This document shows positions 9,338 to 19,265 of a stretch of DNA of 64,000 nucleotides, one piece after another. A program made the translations under genes and the position numbers. Below the pieces are notes generated by a model. That model made no database searches, was not told the origin of the DNA, and was given only the letters and a program-made list of their open reading frames with translations. Numbering within the stretch: the first letter of the stretch is position 1; every line of letters begins with the position of its first letter. Where the stretch lies: assembly GCA_002393945.1 (NCBI GenBank), contig DGSO01000020.1, forward strand, positions 38,517-102,516, written 5' to 3'. This stretch comes from Bacteroidales bacterium UBA4360 (GTDB taxonomy: Bacteria > Bacteroidota > Bacteroidia > Bacteroidales > UBA932).

Positions 9338-10705
9338 ATGAGAATCATTATTGAAGGCGCCGGTCAGGTGGGATCCCACCTCGCAAAGATGCTCTCGGCC
9401 GAAGGCAGCGAGGTCACCGTCATCGACCATGACCCCGGAAGAATCCGCTCCCTGAGCTCTTCCGCCGATGTTTCCACTATCGTAGGCGGTCCCTCCTCCA
9501 TTGCAAGCCTCAAGGATGCGGGCTGCTCCGATGCCGACCTTTTCATCGGCGTCAATCCCGGCGGTTCCCAGAGTTCGAACATCGTCAGTGCCCTTCTTGC
9601 CAAGAAACTGGGCACCAAGCGCGTAGTCGCCAGAGTGGACGACGAACATTTCCTCTCCCCTGAAAACAAGGTCCTCTTCAAGGACATGGGACTGGACATG
9701 CTCTTCTTCCCGGAGAAGATAGCGAGCGACGAGATTGTGGACATGCTGCGTCACAATGCCTCCACCGAATCCATGGATTTCGCCCGCGGAAAGCTTCAGA
9801 TGGCCGTTTTCAAACTGGATGACGACTCCCCTCTCCTGGACATGAACGTTGCCGAGTTCCACCATAAGGTAACCCAGGCAAACCAGACATCGGCATTCAG
9901 GATTGTCGCCCTTTCCCGTGAAGGCAAGACCATAATCCCCAAATTCGACACCTCTTTCAAATACGGCGACTACCTCTACATCATCGCCCTCCGGGATGGC
10001 ATGCCGGATCTTCTGAAGTATCTCGGGAAGGACCAGGTGAATATCAAGCGCGTGATGATAATGGGCGGTTCCGAGATTGCGCAGATGGTCGCTGAACGCC
10101 TTTCCGCTGCAGGAATGGACGAGGTGAAAATCATCGAATCGGATCCCGTACACAGCCGCGAACTTTCAGAACAGCTCCCGGAATCCATAAACGTCGCTAC
10201 CGGAGATGTCAGGAACACGGATTTCCTCATAGAAGAAGACCTGCTGGGATACCAGGCCGTCCTGGCAGTTACAGGCAATGACGAACTTAACATCCTCGCC
10301 TGCGTTGCAGCAAAGAAACTCGGGGTTCCCCGCGTCATAGCGCAGGTGGAAAACCTGGAGTACATACACCTCGCAGAAGAGATGGGAGTGGATTCGGTCG
10401 TAAACAAGAAACTCATTACAGCAAGCCGCATTTTCAAATTCACTCTCTCAGATAAGGTAAGAAGCGTCCGCTACATGAGCGGAACAAATGCCGAAGTTCT
10501 CGAATACACGGCAGCGCCGGGTTCCCGCATTACGAAAGGCACCTTGAAGGATATCACTTTCCCGGACAATGCCATCATTGGCGGCGTAATACGCGGAGGA
10601 GAGAGCTTCATAGCCGTGGGACACACCCGCATAGAACCTTACGACAGGGTGGCAGTTTTCGCCCTGCCGGAATCAGTGAAAGAAATTGATAAATTTTTCA
10701 GATAA
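9338..10705 (+). CDS. trkA: Trk K+ uptake regulatory subunit
   Basis: GAGQVG Rossmann motif, two RCK_N/RCK_C repeats; start set at ATG 9338. Confidence 0.93.
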   Translation: MRIIIEGAGQVGSHLAKMLSAEGSEVTVIDHDPGRIRSLSSSADVSTIVGGPSSIASLKDAGCSDADLFIGVNPGGSQSSNIVSALLAKKLGTKRVVARVDDEHFLSPENKVLFKDMGLDMLFFPEKIASDEIVDMLRHNASTESMDFARGKLQMAVFKLDDDSPLLDMNVAEFHHKVTQANQTSAFRIVALSREGKTIIPKFDTSFKYGDYLYIIALRDGMPDLLKYLGKDQVNIKRVMIMGGSEIAQMVAERLSAAGMDEVKIIESDPVHSRELSEQLPESINVATGDVRNTDFLIEEDLLGYQAVLAVTGNDELNILACVAAKKLGVPRVIAQVENLEYIHLAEEMGVDSVVNKKLITASRIFKFTLSDKVRSVRYMSGTNAEVLEYTAAPGSRITKGTLKDITFPDNAIIGGVIRGGESFIAVGHTRIEPYDRVAVFALPESVKEIDKFFR

Positions 10706-10708
10706 AAT

Positions 10709-12265
10709 ATGAGCATTCAATCCGAGAATATCAAAAAACTGGTAGAAAGAAGGGAGAAGGCCCGCCTTGGCGGCGGCCCAAAAAGAATTGAAGCCCAGCA
10801 TGCAAAAGGAAAGAAAACGGCCAGGGAGCGTCTTGAACTCCTCCTTGACCCGGGATCCTTCGAGGAAACGGACATGTTCCTCCAGCACCGCTGCACCAAC
10901 TTCGGCATGGACGCGAGTCATCCTGACGGGGACGGAGTCGTAACCGGTTTCGGCACAATCGACGGCCGCCTTGTATATGTTTACGCACAGGATTTTACCG
11001 TAAGCGGCGGCTCCCTGTCCAAGACCATGAGCGAAAAGATTTGCAAGATTCAGGATATGGCTCTCCGTGCAGGCGCTCCCTGCATCGCCCTTAACGATTC
11101 CGGCGGCGCCCGAATCCAGGAAGGCATCGACGCCCTTGCAGGTTACGGCGAGATTTTCGAGCGCAATATTCTCTCTTCCGGAGTCATTCCGCAGATAAGC
11201 GGTATTTTCGGCCCCTGCGCCGGCGGTGCCGTCTATTCTCCGGCACTTACGGACTTCACCCTCATGGTAAAGAATTCCTCCTATATGTTCCTAACCGGTC
11301 CCGCAGTCGTAAAGAGCGTGACAGGTGAGGTGGTAGACCAGGAAGAACTTGGAGGAGCGTCTGTCCACGCATCTAAGAGCGGTGTAGCCCACTTTGCAGC
11401 GGACAGCGAGGAAGACGGTATCCAGACCATAAAGAAACTCCTGAGCTTCCTCCCCCAGAACAATATGGAAACCGCCCCCGAAAAGCCCACGGAGGACTCC
11501 CCTTTCCGCCTGGACGATGAGCTGAATTCCATAATACCCGACAATCCCAACAAGTCCTACGACATGTACAAGGTCATAGGCAGCATTGTCGATGACGGCG
11601 AATTCTTCGAGATTCACAAGGACTATGCTAAGAACATCATCGTTGGCTTCGCTCACATGAACGGCCGCAGCGTAGGCATCGTCGCAAACCAGCCTGCAGT
11701 CCTGGCCGGTGTCCTTGACATCAACGCATCCCGCAAGGCTTCACGTTTCGTGCGTTTCTGCGACGCCTTCAACATCCCGCTCGTCACCCTCGTCGATGTT
11801 CCCGGCTTCCTCCCAGGCACCCAGCAGGAGTATGGCGCCATCATCACCAACGGCGCAAAGCTGCTGTACGCATACGGAGAAGCCACCGTCCCCAAGGTCA
11901 CGGTGACGCTCAGGAAGGGCTACGGCGGCGCCCACATCGTCATGAGCTGCAAACAGCTGCGCGGAGACATAAATTACGCATGGCCCTCTGCCCAGATAGC
12001 AGTCATGGGTGCCGACGGCGCAGTGAACGTCCTCTACGCCAAGGAACTCAAGGCCGATCCCGAACACGCCTCCGAAATCTTCGAGGAAAAGAAGAAGGAA
12101 TACGAAGATCTCTTCTCCAACCCCTATCAGGCAGCCCAGAAGGGATATATCGACGATATAATTGAGCCGCGCAACACCCGTTTCCGCGTAATCCGCGCCC
12201 TTGAGAGCCTTGCCGGCAAACGTCAGGAAATACCAGCCAAGAAACATGACAACCTCCCTCTATAG
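10709..12265 (+). CDS. mmdA: Acyl-CoA carboxyltransferase (methylmalonyl-CoA decarboxylase alpha subunit)
   Basis: GDGVVTG, DSGGARIQEG, GPCAGGAVYSPA, DVPGFLPG, KKHDNLPL; sits in an operon with Na+-pump subunits. Confidence 0.88.
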   Translation: MSIQSENIKKLVERREKARLGGGPKRIEAQHAKGKKTARERLELLLDPGSFEETDMFLQHRCTNFGMDASHPDGDGVVTGFGTIDGRLVYVYAQDFTVSGGSLSKTMSEKICKIQDMALRAGAPCIALNDSGGARIQEGIDALAGYGEIFERNILSSGVIPQISGIFGPCAGGAVYSPALTDFTLMVKNSSYMFLTGPAVVKSVTGEVVDQEELGGASVHASKSGVAHFAADSEEDGIQTIKKLLSFLPQNNMETAPEKPTEDSPFRLDDELNSIIPDNPNKSYDMYKVIGSIVDDGEFFEIHKDYAKNIIVGFAHMNGRSVGIVANQPAVLAGVLDINASRKASRFVRFCDAFNIPLVTLVDVPGFLPGTQQEYGAIITNGAKLLYAYGEATVPKVTVTLRKGYGGAHIVMSCKQLRGDINYAWPSAQIAVMGADGAVNVLYAKELKADPEHASEIFEEKKKEYEDLFSNPYQAAQKGYIDDIIEPRNTRFRVIRALESLAGKRQEIPAKKHDNLPL

Positions 12266-12653
12266 CGCACTTCTCACGGCCGGCTCAGACCGCATGGCCC
12301 AGACAGACCCGCACGGATGGACGCTTACCCTCATAAGCGTTGTCGTGGTTTTCACTGCGCTCATCATCCTGTATTTCGTTTACAGTTTCTCGGGTAAGGT
12401 CTTCTCCGGGGCTTTCAAGACAAAACGCCGCTCCGGGAAGAAAGCAGCCGCTCCGGACGGGGAAGTCGCAGCGGCCATTGCGGCAGCCATCGACATGGAA
12501 AACGGAGGCGAGACCTATGCCGCCATCGCAGCTGCGGTCCACATGTACCTCAGCGATGCCGTCCACGACCATGAGCCGCTGGTGCTCACTATCCGCCACA
12601 AGGACACTCCATGGGAAACAAAATCCCTTAATTTCAGAAAATTACCTAGATAA
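12246..12653 (+). CDS. OadG/MmdD family decarboxylase membrane subunit
   Basis: Single TM helix (ISVVVVFTALIILYFVY), AAIAAA repeats, C-terminal HD-E motif, operon position. Confidence 0.8.
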   Translation: MTTSLYSALLTAGSDRMAQTDPHGWTLTLISVVVVFTALIILYFVYSFSGKVFSGAFKTKRRSGKKAAAPDGEVAAAIAAAIDMENGGETYAAIAAAVHMYLSDAVHDHEPLVLTIRHKDTPWETKSLNFRKLPR

Positions 12654-12656
12654 GAT

Positions 12657-13079
12657 ATGAAAGAGTATAAATTTACCATCAACGGAAAGGAATATAACGT
12701 ATGCGTTGGTGAAGCAGAAGGAAAAATACTGCCAGTAAAGGTCAACGGGGCCGATTATGAGGTTCAGCTCGAAAACGCTCCTGCAGCAGCGCCTGCACCG
12801 GTTGTAAAAGCAGCAGCCGCTCCCGTACAGGAAGCAGCAAAGCCCGCTGCAGCGGCACCTGCCGGCGGCAAGACTGTCCAGAGCCCTCTTCCCGGCATCA
12901 TCATCAGCGTAGACGTAAAGGAAGGCCAGGCTGTAAAGCGCGGCCAGAAGGTTGCCGTAATCGAGGCAATGAAGATGGAAAACGACATCCTTGCCGAAGT
13001 TGACGGCACCATCACTGCCATCCACGTCGGAAAGGGCGATTCGGTACTCGAAGGGGCAGACATCGTAACCATTGGCTGA
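12657..13079 (+). CDS. mmdC: Biotin carboxyl carrier subunit
   Basis: Ala/Pro-rich linker, SPLPG, EAMKM biotinylation motif. Confidence 0.93.
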   Translation: MKEYKFTINGKEYNVCVGEAEGKILPVKVNGADYEVQLENAPAAAPAPVVKAAAAPVQEAAKPAAAAPAGGKTVQSPLPGIIISVDVKEGQAVKRGQKVAVIEAMKMENDILAEVDGTITAIHVGKGDSVLEGADIVTIG

Positions 13080-14239
13080 TGGATACTATAATTGACAGTC
13101 TGAGGCAGTTCTGGCAGTTCACTGGTTTTGCCAACTGCACATGGCAGCACCTTGCCATGATTGCAATCGGCCTCATCTTCATTACCCTTGGCATAGTCAA
13201 AAAGTGGGAACCGCTGCTTCTGGTGCCTATCGGCTTCGGCATGATCATAGGCAATATACCCCTTTTCTTTGACCCGGCCACGGGAGTCGGCCTGAAGATA
13301 GGCATATACGAGGAAGGGTCTGTCCTCAATATCCTGTACCACGGAGTGAGAAACGGCTGGTATCCGCCGCTGATCTTCCTTGGCATCGGCGCCATGACGG
13401 ACTTTTCGGCACTTATTTCGCAGCCGAGGCTGATACTTATCGGCGCGGCTGCACAGCTTGGCATTTTCGGGGCATATCTTCTCGCCCTGGCCCTTGGATT
13501 CGCGCCCAACGAGGCCGGAGCCATCGGCATTATTGGCGGTGCAGACGGTCCTACGGCCATTTTCCTGAGCTCCAAGCTGGCACCTGAACTGATGGGCGCC
13601 ATCGCGGTATCGGCATACTCATACATGGCTCTTGTCCCCGTTATCCAGAAGCCTATCATGCTGCTTCTTACAACGAAGAAAGAGCGTTTGATAAGGATGA
13701 ACAAGCCCCGTACGGTGAGCCAGAAGGAGAAGATCATCTTCCCTATCGTAGGCTTCATCTGCACGGCCTTCATAGTTCCGAGCGGCCTTCCCCTTCTGGG
13801 CATGCTCTTCTTCGGAAATCTTCTCAAGGAAAGCGGAGTCACGAAGCGCCTGGCAGCAACCGCCGGCGGCCCGCTTATCGACATCGTGACAACCCTCATC
13901 GGCCTCACGGTAGGCGCATCCACCCAGGCCGATGTGTTCCTGACCGGGAAATCAGTCCTCATCTTCGGACTCGGTCTCGTTTCCTTCGTGATCGCGACAT
14001 TCTTCGGCGTGAGTTTCGTCAAGTTCATGAACCTGTTCCTGCCGGAAGGCAAGAAGGTCAATCCGCTCATCGGCAATGCCGGCGTTTCGGCAGTTCCGGA
14101 TGCGGCGCGCGTATCCGAGACAGTCGGACTCGAGGCCGATCCTTCCAACCATCTTCTCACCCATGCAATGGCCCCCAACGTGGCCGGTGTGATCGGTTCC
14201 GCAGTTGCGGCAGGTATCCTTCTGGGATTCCTCGGTTAG
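13079..14239 (+). CDS. mmdB: Na+-translocating decarboxylase beta subunit
   Basis: IGIIGGADGPTAIF, GVSAVP, MAPNVAGVIGSA. Confidence 0.93.
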   Translation: MDTIIDSLRQFWQFTGFANCTWQHLAMIAIGLIFITLGIVKKWEPLLLVPIGFGMIIGNIPLFFDPATGVGLKIGIYEEGSVLNILYHGVRNGWYPPLIFLGIGAMTDFSALISQPRLILIGAAAQLGIFGAYLLALALGFAPNEAGAIGIIGGADGPTAIFLSSKLAPELMGAIAVSAYSYMALVPVIQKPIMLLLTTKKERLIRMNKPRTVSQKEKIIFPIVGFICTAFIVPSGLPLLGMLFFGNLLKESGVTKRLAATAGGPLIDIVTTLIGLTVGASTQADVFLTGKSVLIFGLGLVSFVIATFFGVSFVKFMNLFLPEGKKVNPLIGNAGVSAVPDAARVSETVGLEADPSNHLLTHAMAPNVAGVIGSAVAAGILLGFLG

Positions 14240-14261
14240 GTTTTTACAAAATACAGTCTTC

Positions 14262-14294
14262 AAACCGGCGTGATTTATTCATACCGGTTTTTTT
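14262..14294 (+). terminator. Intrinsic terminator after the decarboxylase operon
   Basis: AAACCGG...CCGGTTT stem followed by a T run. Confidence 0.7.
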
Positions 14295-14313
14295 ATAAAA
14301 ACGTTAATTAATT

Positions 14314-14347
14314 TTTGATTTTTGCTTAAAATTTTTAACTTTGTAAG
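14314..14347 (+). promoter_or_regulatory. iorA promoter
   Basis: TTTG at 14314 and TAACTTTG at 14336-14343 (18-nt spacer). Confidence 0.6.
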
Positions 14348-14392
14348 CAAATGGGCAATTAAAACAATAACCACAAGCCCTGATATAACACT

Positions 14393-15985
14393 ATGGCTGA
14401 AAAAAACCTATTGCTTGGAGACGAGGCACTTGCTCTGGGTGCCATCCATGCCGGCCTTTCCGGCGTTTACGCCTACCCCGGCACGCCTTCTACAGAGATT
14501 ACGGAGTATATCCAGGGACACCCCCTAACTCGTGAAAGAAACATCCACTGCGACTGGTCTTCAAACGAGAAGACTGCAATGGAAGGAGCCCTTGGAATGT
14601 CTTATGCAGGCAAGCGTGCACTCGTGTGCATGAAACACGTTGGCATGAACGTGTGCGCCGATCCTCTCATGGGTTCTGCAATGACAGGAGCGAACGGCGG
14701 TCTCATCATAGCCGCCTGCGACGATCCTTCCATGCACAGTTCACAGAACGAGCAGGATTCCCGCTTCTGGGGCACCTTCGGCATGCTGCCCGTATTCGAA
14801 CCTTCCAACCAGCAGGAGACCTATAATATGACCCGCGCGGCGCTGGATTATTCGGAAAAACGCGGCATCCCTGTCATCATGAGGCTGACTACCCGCATGG
14901 CCCACAGCCGCGCCGTGGTAGAAAGCGCCCCTATGCGCGAACAGAATCAGCTCCACTACCCGGAAAAAGCCCGCCAGTGGGTTACGCTTCCTGTCAATGC
15001 AAGGGTAAGGAACCGCGAACTCATCAAGGATTATGCGCTCTTCGAAGAGGATGCAGCCGCCTCCGAGTTCAACTGGCTCAAGGACGGCCCGGACAGGAGT
15101 CTCGGCATAATTGCCTGCGGTATAGGATACAACTACCTCATGGAGAACTATCCCGACGGCTGCCCGTTCCCGGTTCTCAAGGTGAGCCAGTATCCTTTCC
15201 CCAGGAAACTTGCGCTTGAACTAGCCTCGAAGGTGAAGGCCGTACTCGTCATAGAAGAAGGCCAGCCGCTGGTAGAGGAACGCATGAAGGGATACTTCCC
15301 CACTCCCGTACCTGTAAAGGGACGTCTTGACGGGACTCTTCCCAGGGATGGAGAACTCTCACCGGATGCCGTCCGCGCTGCAGTGGGCCTCCCTGCACTT
15401 CCGCAGTACAACACATCGGAAGTGGTGGTTCCGCGTCCGCCGGCACTTTGCCAGGGCTGCGGGCACAGGGACTTCTATACGGCTCTCAACAATGCCCTGA
15501 AGGATTATCCCGGAGCGAGGGTATTCGGCGATATCGGCTGCTACACCCTTGGCTGGATGCCTCCGTTCAACAGCCTTCATACCTGCGTGGAAATGGGCGC
15601 TTCATGCACCATGGCCCAGGGCGCCGCATTCAGCGGAACCTGGCCTGCAGTTGCCGTCATCGGCGATTCCACCTTCACCCACAGCGGCATGACAGGCCTT
15701 CTTGACGCAGTGAACAGCAAGGCCGATATAACCCTCTGCATATCCGACAACCTCACCACCGGCATGACCGGCGGCCAGGATTCTGCCGGCACAGGCCGCA
15801 TCGAAGCCATCTGCCAGGGACTCGGCGTCGAACCTGAGCATATCCGCACTATCGTCCCTCTCCCCAAGAACTATCCGGACATGGAGAAAGTCATCAAGGA
15901 GGAACTCGACTACCACGGCGTTTCCGTCATCGTATGCCGCCGCGAATGTATCCAGACACTTAGAAGACACGCTGCCAAAAAGTAA
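14393..15985 (+). CDS. iorA: Indolepyruvate ferredoxin oxidoreductase alpha subunit
   Basis: YPGTPSTEI, NEKTA, HSSQNEQDSR, LCQGCGHR, GDIGCY, IGDSTFTHSG (TPP binding), TGMTGGQ. Confidence 0.93.
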   Translation: MAEKNLLLGDEALALGAIHAGLSGVYAYPGTPSTEITEYIQGHPLTRERNIHCDWSSNEKTAMEGALGMSYAGKRALVCMKHVGMNVCADPLMGSAMTGANGGLIIAACDDPSMHSSQNEQDSRFWGTFGMLPVFEPSNQQETYNMTRAALDYSEKRGIPVIMRLTTRMAHSRAVVESAPMREQNQLHYPEKARQWVTLPVNARVRNRELIKDYALFEEDAAASEFNWLKDGPDRSLGIIACGIGYNYLMENYPDGCPFPVLKVSQYPFPRKLALELASKVKAVLVIEEGQPLVEERMKGYFPTPVPVKGRLDGTLPRDGELSPDAVRAAVGLPALPQYNTSEVVVPRPPALCQGCGHRDFYTALNNALKDYPGARVFGDIGCYTLGWMPPFNSLHTCVEMGASCTMAQGAAFSGTWPAVAVIGDSTFTHSGMTGLLDAVNSKADITLCISDNLTTGMTGGQDSAGTGRIEAICQGLGVEPEHIRTIVPLPKNYPDMEKVIKEELDYHGVSVIVCRRECIQTLRRHAAKK

Positions 15986-15991
15986 ACAGCC

Positions 15992-16576
15992 ATGAAAAAG
16001 GACATTATTCTTGCAGGCGTGGGAGGACAGGGTATCCTCTCCATCGCAACAGTTATCGGTTCTGCCGCTCTTGAGCAGGGCCTTTACCTCAAGCAGGCAG
16101 AAGTACACGGCATGAGCCAGAGGGGCGGCGACGTCCAGAGCCACCTCCGCCTGAGTTCAGAGCCCATATACAGCGACCTTATTCCCAAGGGCGGCGCAGA
16201 CCTCATCGTCTCCCTTGAGCCGATGGAGGCTCTCCGTTATGTCCCCTGCCTCGACCGGAACGGATGGATCATAACCAACACCGCTCCCTTAGTAAATATT
16301 CCCAATTACCCGGACATTGAGAAAGTAAAGGACGAACTGTCCTGCTATACCAATGTAATAGCGTTCGACGTCGACGCCCTGGCAAAGGACCTCGGCACGC
16401 CCCGCGGCGCAAACATGGTTCTTCTGGGCGCAACGGCTGCCGCTCTGGGCATTCTGGATGCAGACAAGCTCCGTGACGGTATACGCCGCGTATTTGCACG
16501 TAAAGGCGAGGCCGTGGTGGAATCCAACCTCAAGGCATTCAACGCAGGACTTGAGTATTCACTAAAGCAGAAGTAG
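15992..16576 (+). CDS. iorB: Indolepyruvate ferredoxin oxidoreductase beta subunit
   Basis: GVGGQG, EVHGMSQRGG, NMVLLGA. Confidence 0.93.
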   Translation: MKKDIILAGVGGQGILSIATVIGSAALEQGLYLKQAEVHGMSQRGGDVQSHLRLSSEPIYSDLIPKGGADLIVSLEPMEALRYVPCLDRNGWIITNTAPLVNIPNYPDIEKVKDELSCYTNVIAFDVDALAKDLGTPRGANMVLLGATAAALGILDADKLRDGIRRVFARKGEAVVESNLKAFNAGLEYSLKQK

Positions 16577-16577
16577 C

Positions 16578-17888
16578 ATGGAAAAACCCTTGGAAAAGAA
16601 AGTGCTGGACGAAGCCCTTGCAGAAATGGGCATTGAGGATGTTTCCCGCACTACCATACGCCAGTGCTCCATGCTTGGAAGCATGCTGGAGGAACGGGCC
16701 GGAGAGAAGTTCTCCCACCTGGAGTTCGGCGTCCCCGGTATTCCTGCCTGCCCTATCGGCATAGAAGCGCAGAAAAAGGCTCTTGACAACGGTATCCCTT
16801 CGATTTACCCGTCGGTCCAGGGCCTGCCTGAGCTGAAAAAGAACGCCGCCCGGTTCGTGAAGGCTTTCATTGACGTGGACATAGATCCAAAGGGCATAGT
16901 GCCCACCGTGGGCTCCATGCAGGGCAGCATGACAAGCATCCTGGAATGCTCTCAGCTCGATCCACGGAAAGACACAATCCTGTACATCTGCCCGGGTTTT
17001 TCCGCCCACGGCCGCCAGCCCGACATCCTCGGAATCAAGAACCTGACCTTCGACATATATGAATACAGGGCCGAAAAACTCCGCGAGAAACTGGAGTCCT
17101 ATTTCAAGGAAGGCAATATCGCCGCCATCCTGTATTCCAACCCCAACAACCCGGCCTGGATCTGCCTCACGGAAGAGGAACTCAAGATAATCGGAGACCT
17201 TGCAAACAAGTATGACGTAATAGTCCTCGAGGACATGGCATACCTATGCATGGACTTCAGAAAGGACATGTCAGTCCCCTTCCAGCCGCCGTTCCAAAGC
17301 ACTGTCGCCCGCTACACGGACAACTATGTCCTCCTCATTTCCGGCAGCAAGATATTCAGCTACGCCGGAGAGAGAATCGCCATCGTATGCATTTCAGACA
17401 AGCTCTATCACAGGGAGTATCCTGCGCTCAAGAAGAAATGGGGCATGGGAAAGTTCGGAGACAACTTCATTCTCAACTATCTCTATGTGAATACGTCAGG
17501 CGCTTCACATTCGGCGCAGTATGCCCTTTCGGCCATGTTCGAAGCTGCCGTAGACGGGAGATACAATTTCGTGAAGGAACTCAGGGACTACGGATTCAGG
17601 GCCCATCGCTCACGCGAAATCTTCGACCGCAACGGTTTCCATCTCGTGTATGACAAGGACATGGAACAGACCATTTCCGACGGCTTCTTCTATACGGTGG
17701 AATATAAGGATCTGAGCAACAAGGCTCTTCTTGAAGCCCTTCTCAGATGCGGCATCATTGCCATTCCGCTCAACACCACCGGAAGCGGCCAGTGCGGCAT
17801 CCGCGTCTGCGTTTCGCGCCTTCTCAGCGACGAAGACTTCGACCTTCTGGACAAGCATCTCAAGCTCTTTGTAAAACTCGTAAACTAA
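16578..17888 (+). CDS. PLP-dependent aminotransferase class I/II
   Basis: NPNNP, D-AY, SGSKIFSYAGERI (PLP lysine), IRV. Confidence 0.88.
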   Translation: MEKPLEKKVLDEALAEMGIEDVSRTTIRQCSMLGSMLEERAGEKFSHLEFGVPGIPACPIGIEAQKKALDNGIPSIYPSVQGLPELKKNAARFVKAFIDVDIDPKGIVPTVGSMQGSMTSILECSQLDPRKDTILYICPGFSAHGRQPDILGIKNLTFDIYEYRAEKLREKLESYFKEGNIAAILYSNPNNPAWICLTEEELKIIGDLANKYDVIVLEDMAYLCMDFRKDMSVPFQPPFQSTVARYTDNYVLLISGSKIFSYAGERIAIVCISDKLYHREYPALKKKWGMGKFGDNFILNYLYVNTSGASHSAQYALSAMFEAAVDGRYNFVKELRDYGFRAHRSREIFDRNGFHLVYDKDMEQTISDGFFYTVEYKDLSNKALLEALLRCGIIAIPLNTTGSGQCGIRVCVSRLLSDEDFDLLDKHLKLFVKLVN

Positions 17889-17894
17889 GCCCGA

Positions 17895-19187
17895 ATGAAA
17901 TATGTATCTGCCGACGAGGCCGTAAAACTCGTCCGAAGCGGCGACACCGTCGTCTGTCAGGGAGGAACCTCGGTTCCAGTCATCCTTCAGGAAGCACTTG
18001 CAAGAAGGCATGATGAACTCAGGGACGTCCAGATTGTCTGCGGCTTCAACATTACCGCCGGCGAAGCACCTTTCTGCAAGCCTGAATACAAGGACTCGTT
18101 CCTGGTGAACAGCATTTTCATCAGCGGCGACCAGCGCAAGCACATTGCCGCCGGTTACGGAACCATGACGCCGGCTTTCCTGGGAGAGGTTCCGGGGCTC
18201 TTCCGCCGCGGTGAAATCCCGGTGGACGTAGCCTTCATCAACTGCTCCCTTCCGGACGAGAACGGCTACTGCAGCTATGGTATTTCAGCCGATATCGCCG
18301 TATCGGCAGTGGAATGCGCGCGGGTAGTCATCGCCCAGGTGAGCCCCAACATTCCCTACCTGTACGGAAAGTGCCTCATACATGAGTCCAAGATAAGCGC
18401 GGCTGTATACTGCGAGGAGCCGCCCCTCGGCATGGTCTTCGGGGAGCCGACGCCCATCGAGGCGGCCATTGGCGCCAATGTCGCTTCCCAGATTCCGGAC
18501 GGCGCCTGCCTGCAGATAGGCGTCGGAGGCATCCCGAACGCCGTTTTGAACGGGATAAAGCACCATCAGCACCTGGGCCTTCACACTGAGGCCATGACCG
18601 ACGGCGTCATCCGCCTCATCAAGGAGGGCGTAATCGACAATTCGCTGAAGAAAGTGCATCCGGGAGTTAGCGTCGCGGCCCTTGCCATAGGCTCGGCGCC
18701 CATGTACAAGTACATAGACCACAACAAAACCATGGAGTTCTTCGACGTGGCCTATACCAACAATCCCTTCCTCATCGCCCAGAACCCCAGGGCCTGCGCC
18801 ATCAATTCGGCGATAGAGGTGGATCTTACAGGACAGGTCTGTGCCGATTCCATCGGCGAAATGATCTTCTCAAGCGTCGGCGGCCAGCATGATTTCATGT
18901 ATGGCTGCGCACTGGCCGAGGGCGGACGCACCTTCATCGCACTCCCCTCCCGCACATCCAAGGGAAAGGCCAAGATCGTCCCCACCCTGACACCCGGGGC
19001 CGGAGTGGTTACGACAAGGTTCCAGACACAATATGTTGCTACTGAATACGGTATAGTTTACCTGAGGAACCTTTCACTGGCCCAGCGGGCTAAAGCACTG
19101 ATTTCGATAGCTCACCCGGACGACCGGGATGAACTGGAAAAAGCCGCATGCAAGCGCTTCGGATACAGTTTTTTGAGACTCAAATAG
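17895..19187 (+). CDS. Acetyl-CoA hydrolase / acyl-CoA transferase family protein
   Basis: LQIGVGGIP, LHTE catalytic Glu, DLTGQVCADS, GGQHDF, ISIAHPDDR. Confidence 0.9.
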   Translation: MKYVSADEAVKLVRSGDTVVCQGGTSVPVILQEALARRHDELRDVQIVCGFNITAGEAPFCKPEYKDSFLVNSIFISGDQRKHIAAGYGTMTPAFLGEVPGLFRRGEIPVDVAFINCSLPDENGYCSYGISADIAVSAVECARVVIAQVSPNIPYLYGKCLIHESKISAAVYCEEPPLGMVFGEPTPIEAAIGANVASQIPDGACLQIGVGGIPNAVLNGIKHHQHLGLHTEAMTDGVIRLIKEGVIDNSLKKVHPGVSVAALAIGSAPMYKYIDHNKTMEFFDVAYTNNPFLIAQNPRACAINSAIEVDLTGQVCADSIGEMIFSSVGGQHDFMYGCALAEGGRTFIALPSRTSKGKAKIVPTLTPGAGVVTTRFQTQYVATEYGIVYLRNLSLAQRAKALISIAHPDDRDELEKAACKRFGYSFLRLK

Positions 19188-19196
19188 ATTCGAAAC

Positions 19197-19230
19197 AATC
19201 GGGCAGGTCCTCTTGCCCGATTATTTTTTT
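19197..19230 (+). terminator. Intrinsic terminator
   Basis: AATCGGGCA / TGCCCGATT stem followed by A and T7. Confidence 0.85.
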
Positions 19231-19235
19231 ATTGC

Positions 19236-19243
19236 TATATTTG
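19236..19243 (+). promoter_or_regulatory. -7 element of the V-ATPase operon promoter
   Basis: TATATTTG about 22 nt before the ATG at 19266. Confidence 0.55.
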
Positions 19244-19265
19244 TAAATTAACTAAATGCATTCAT

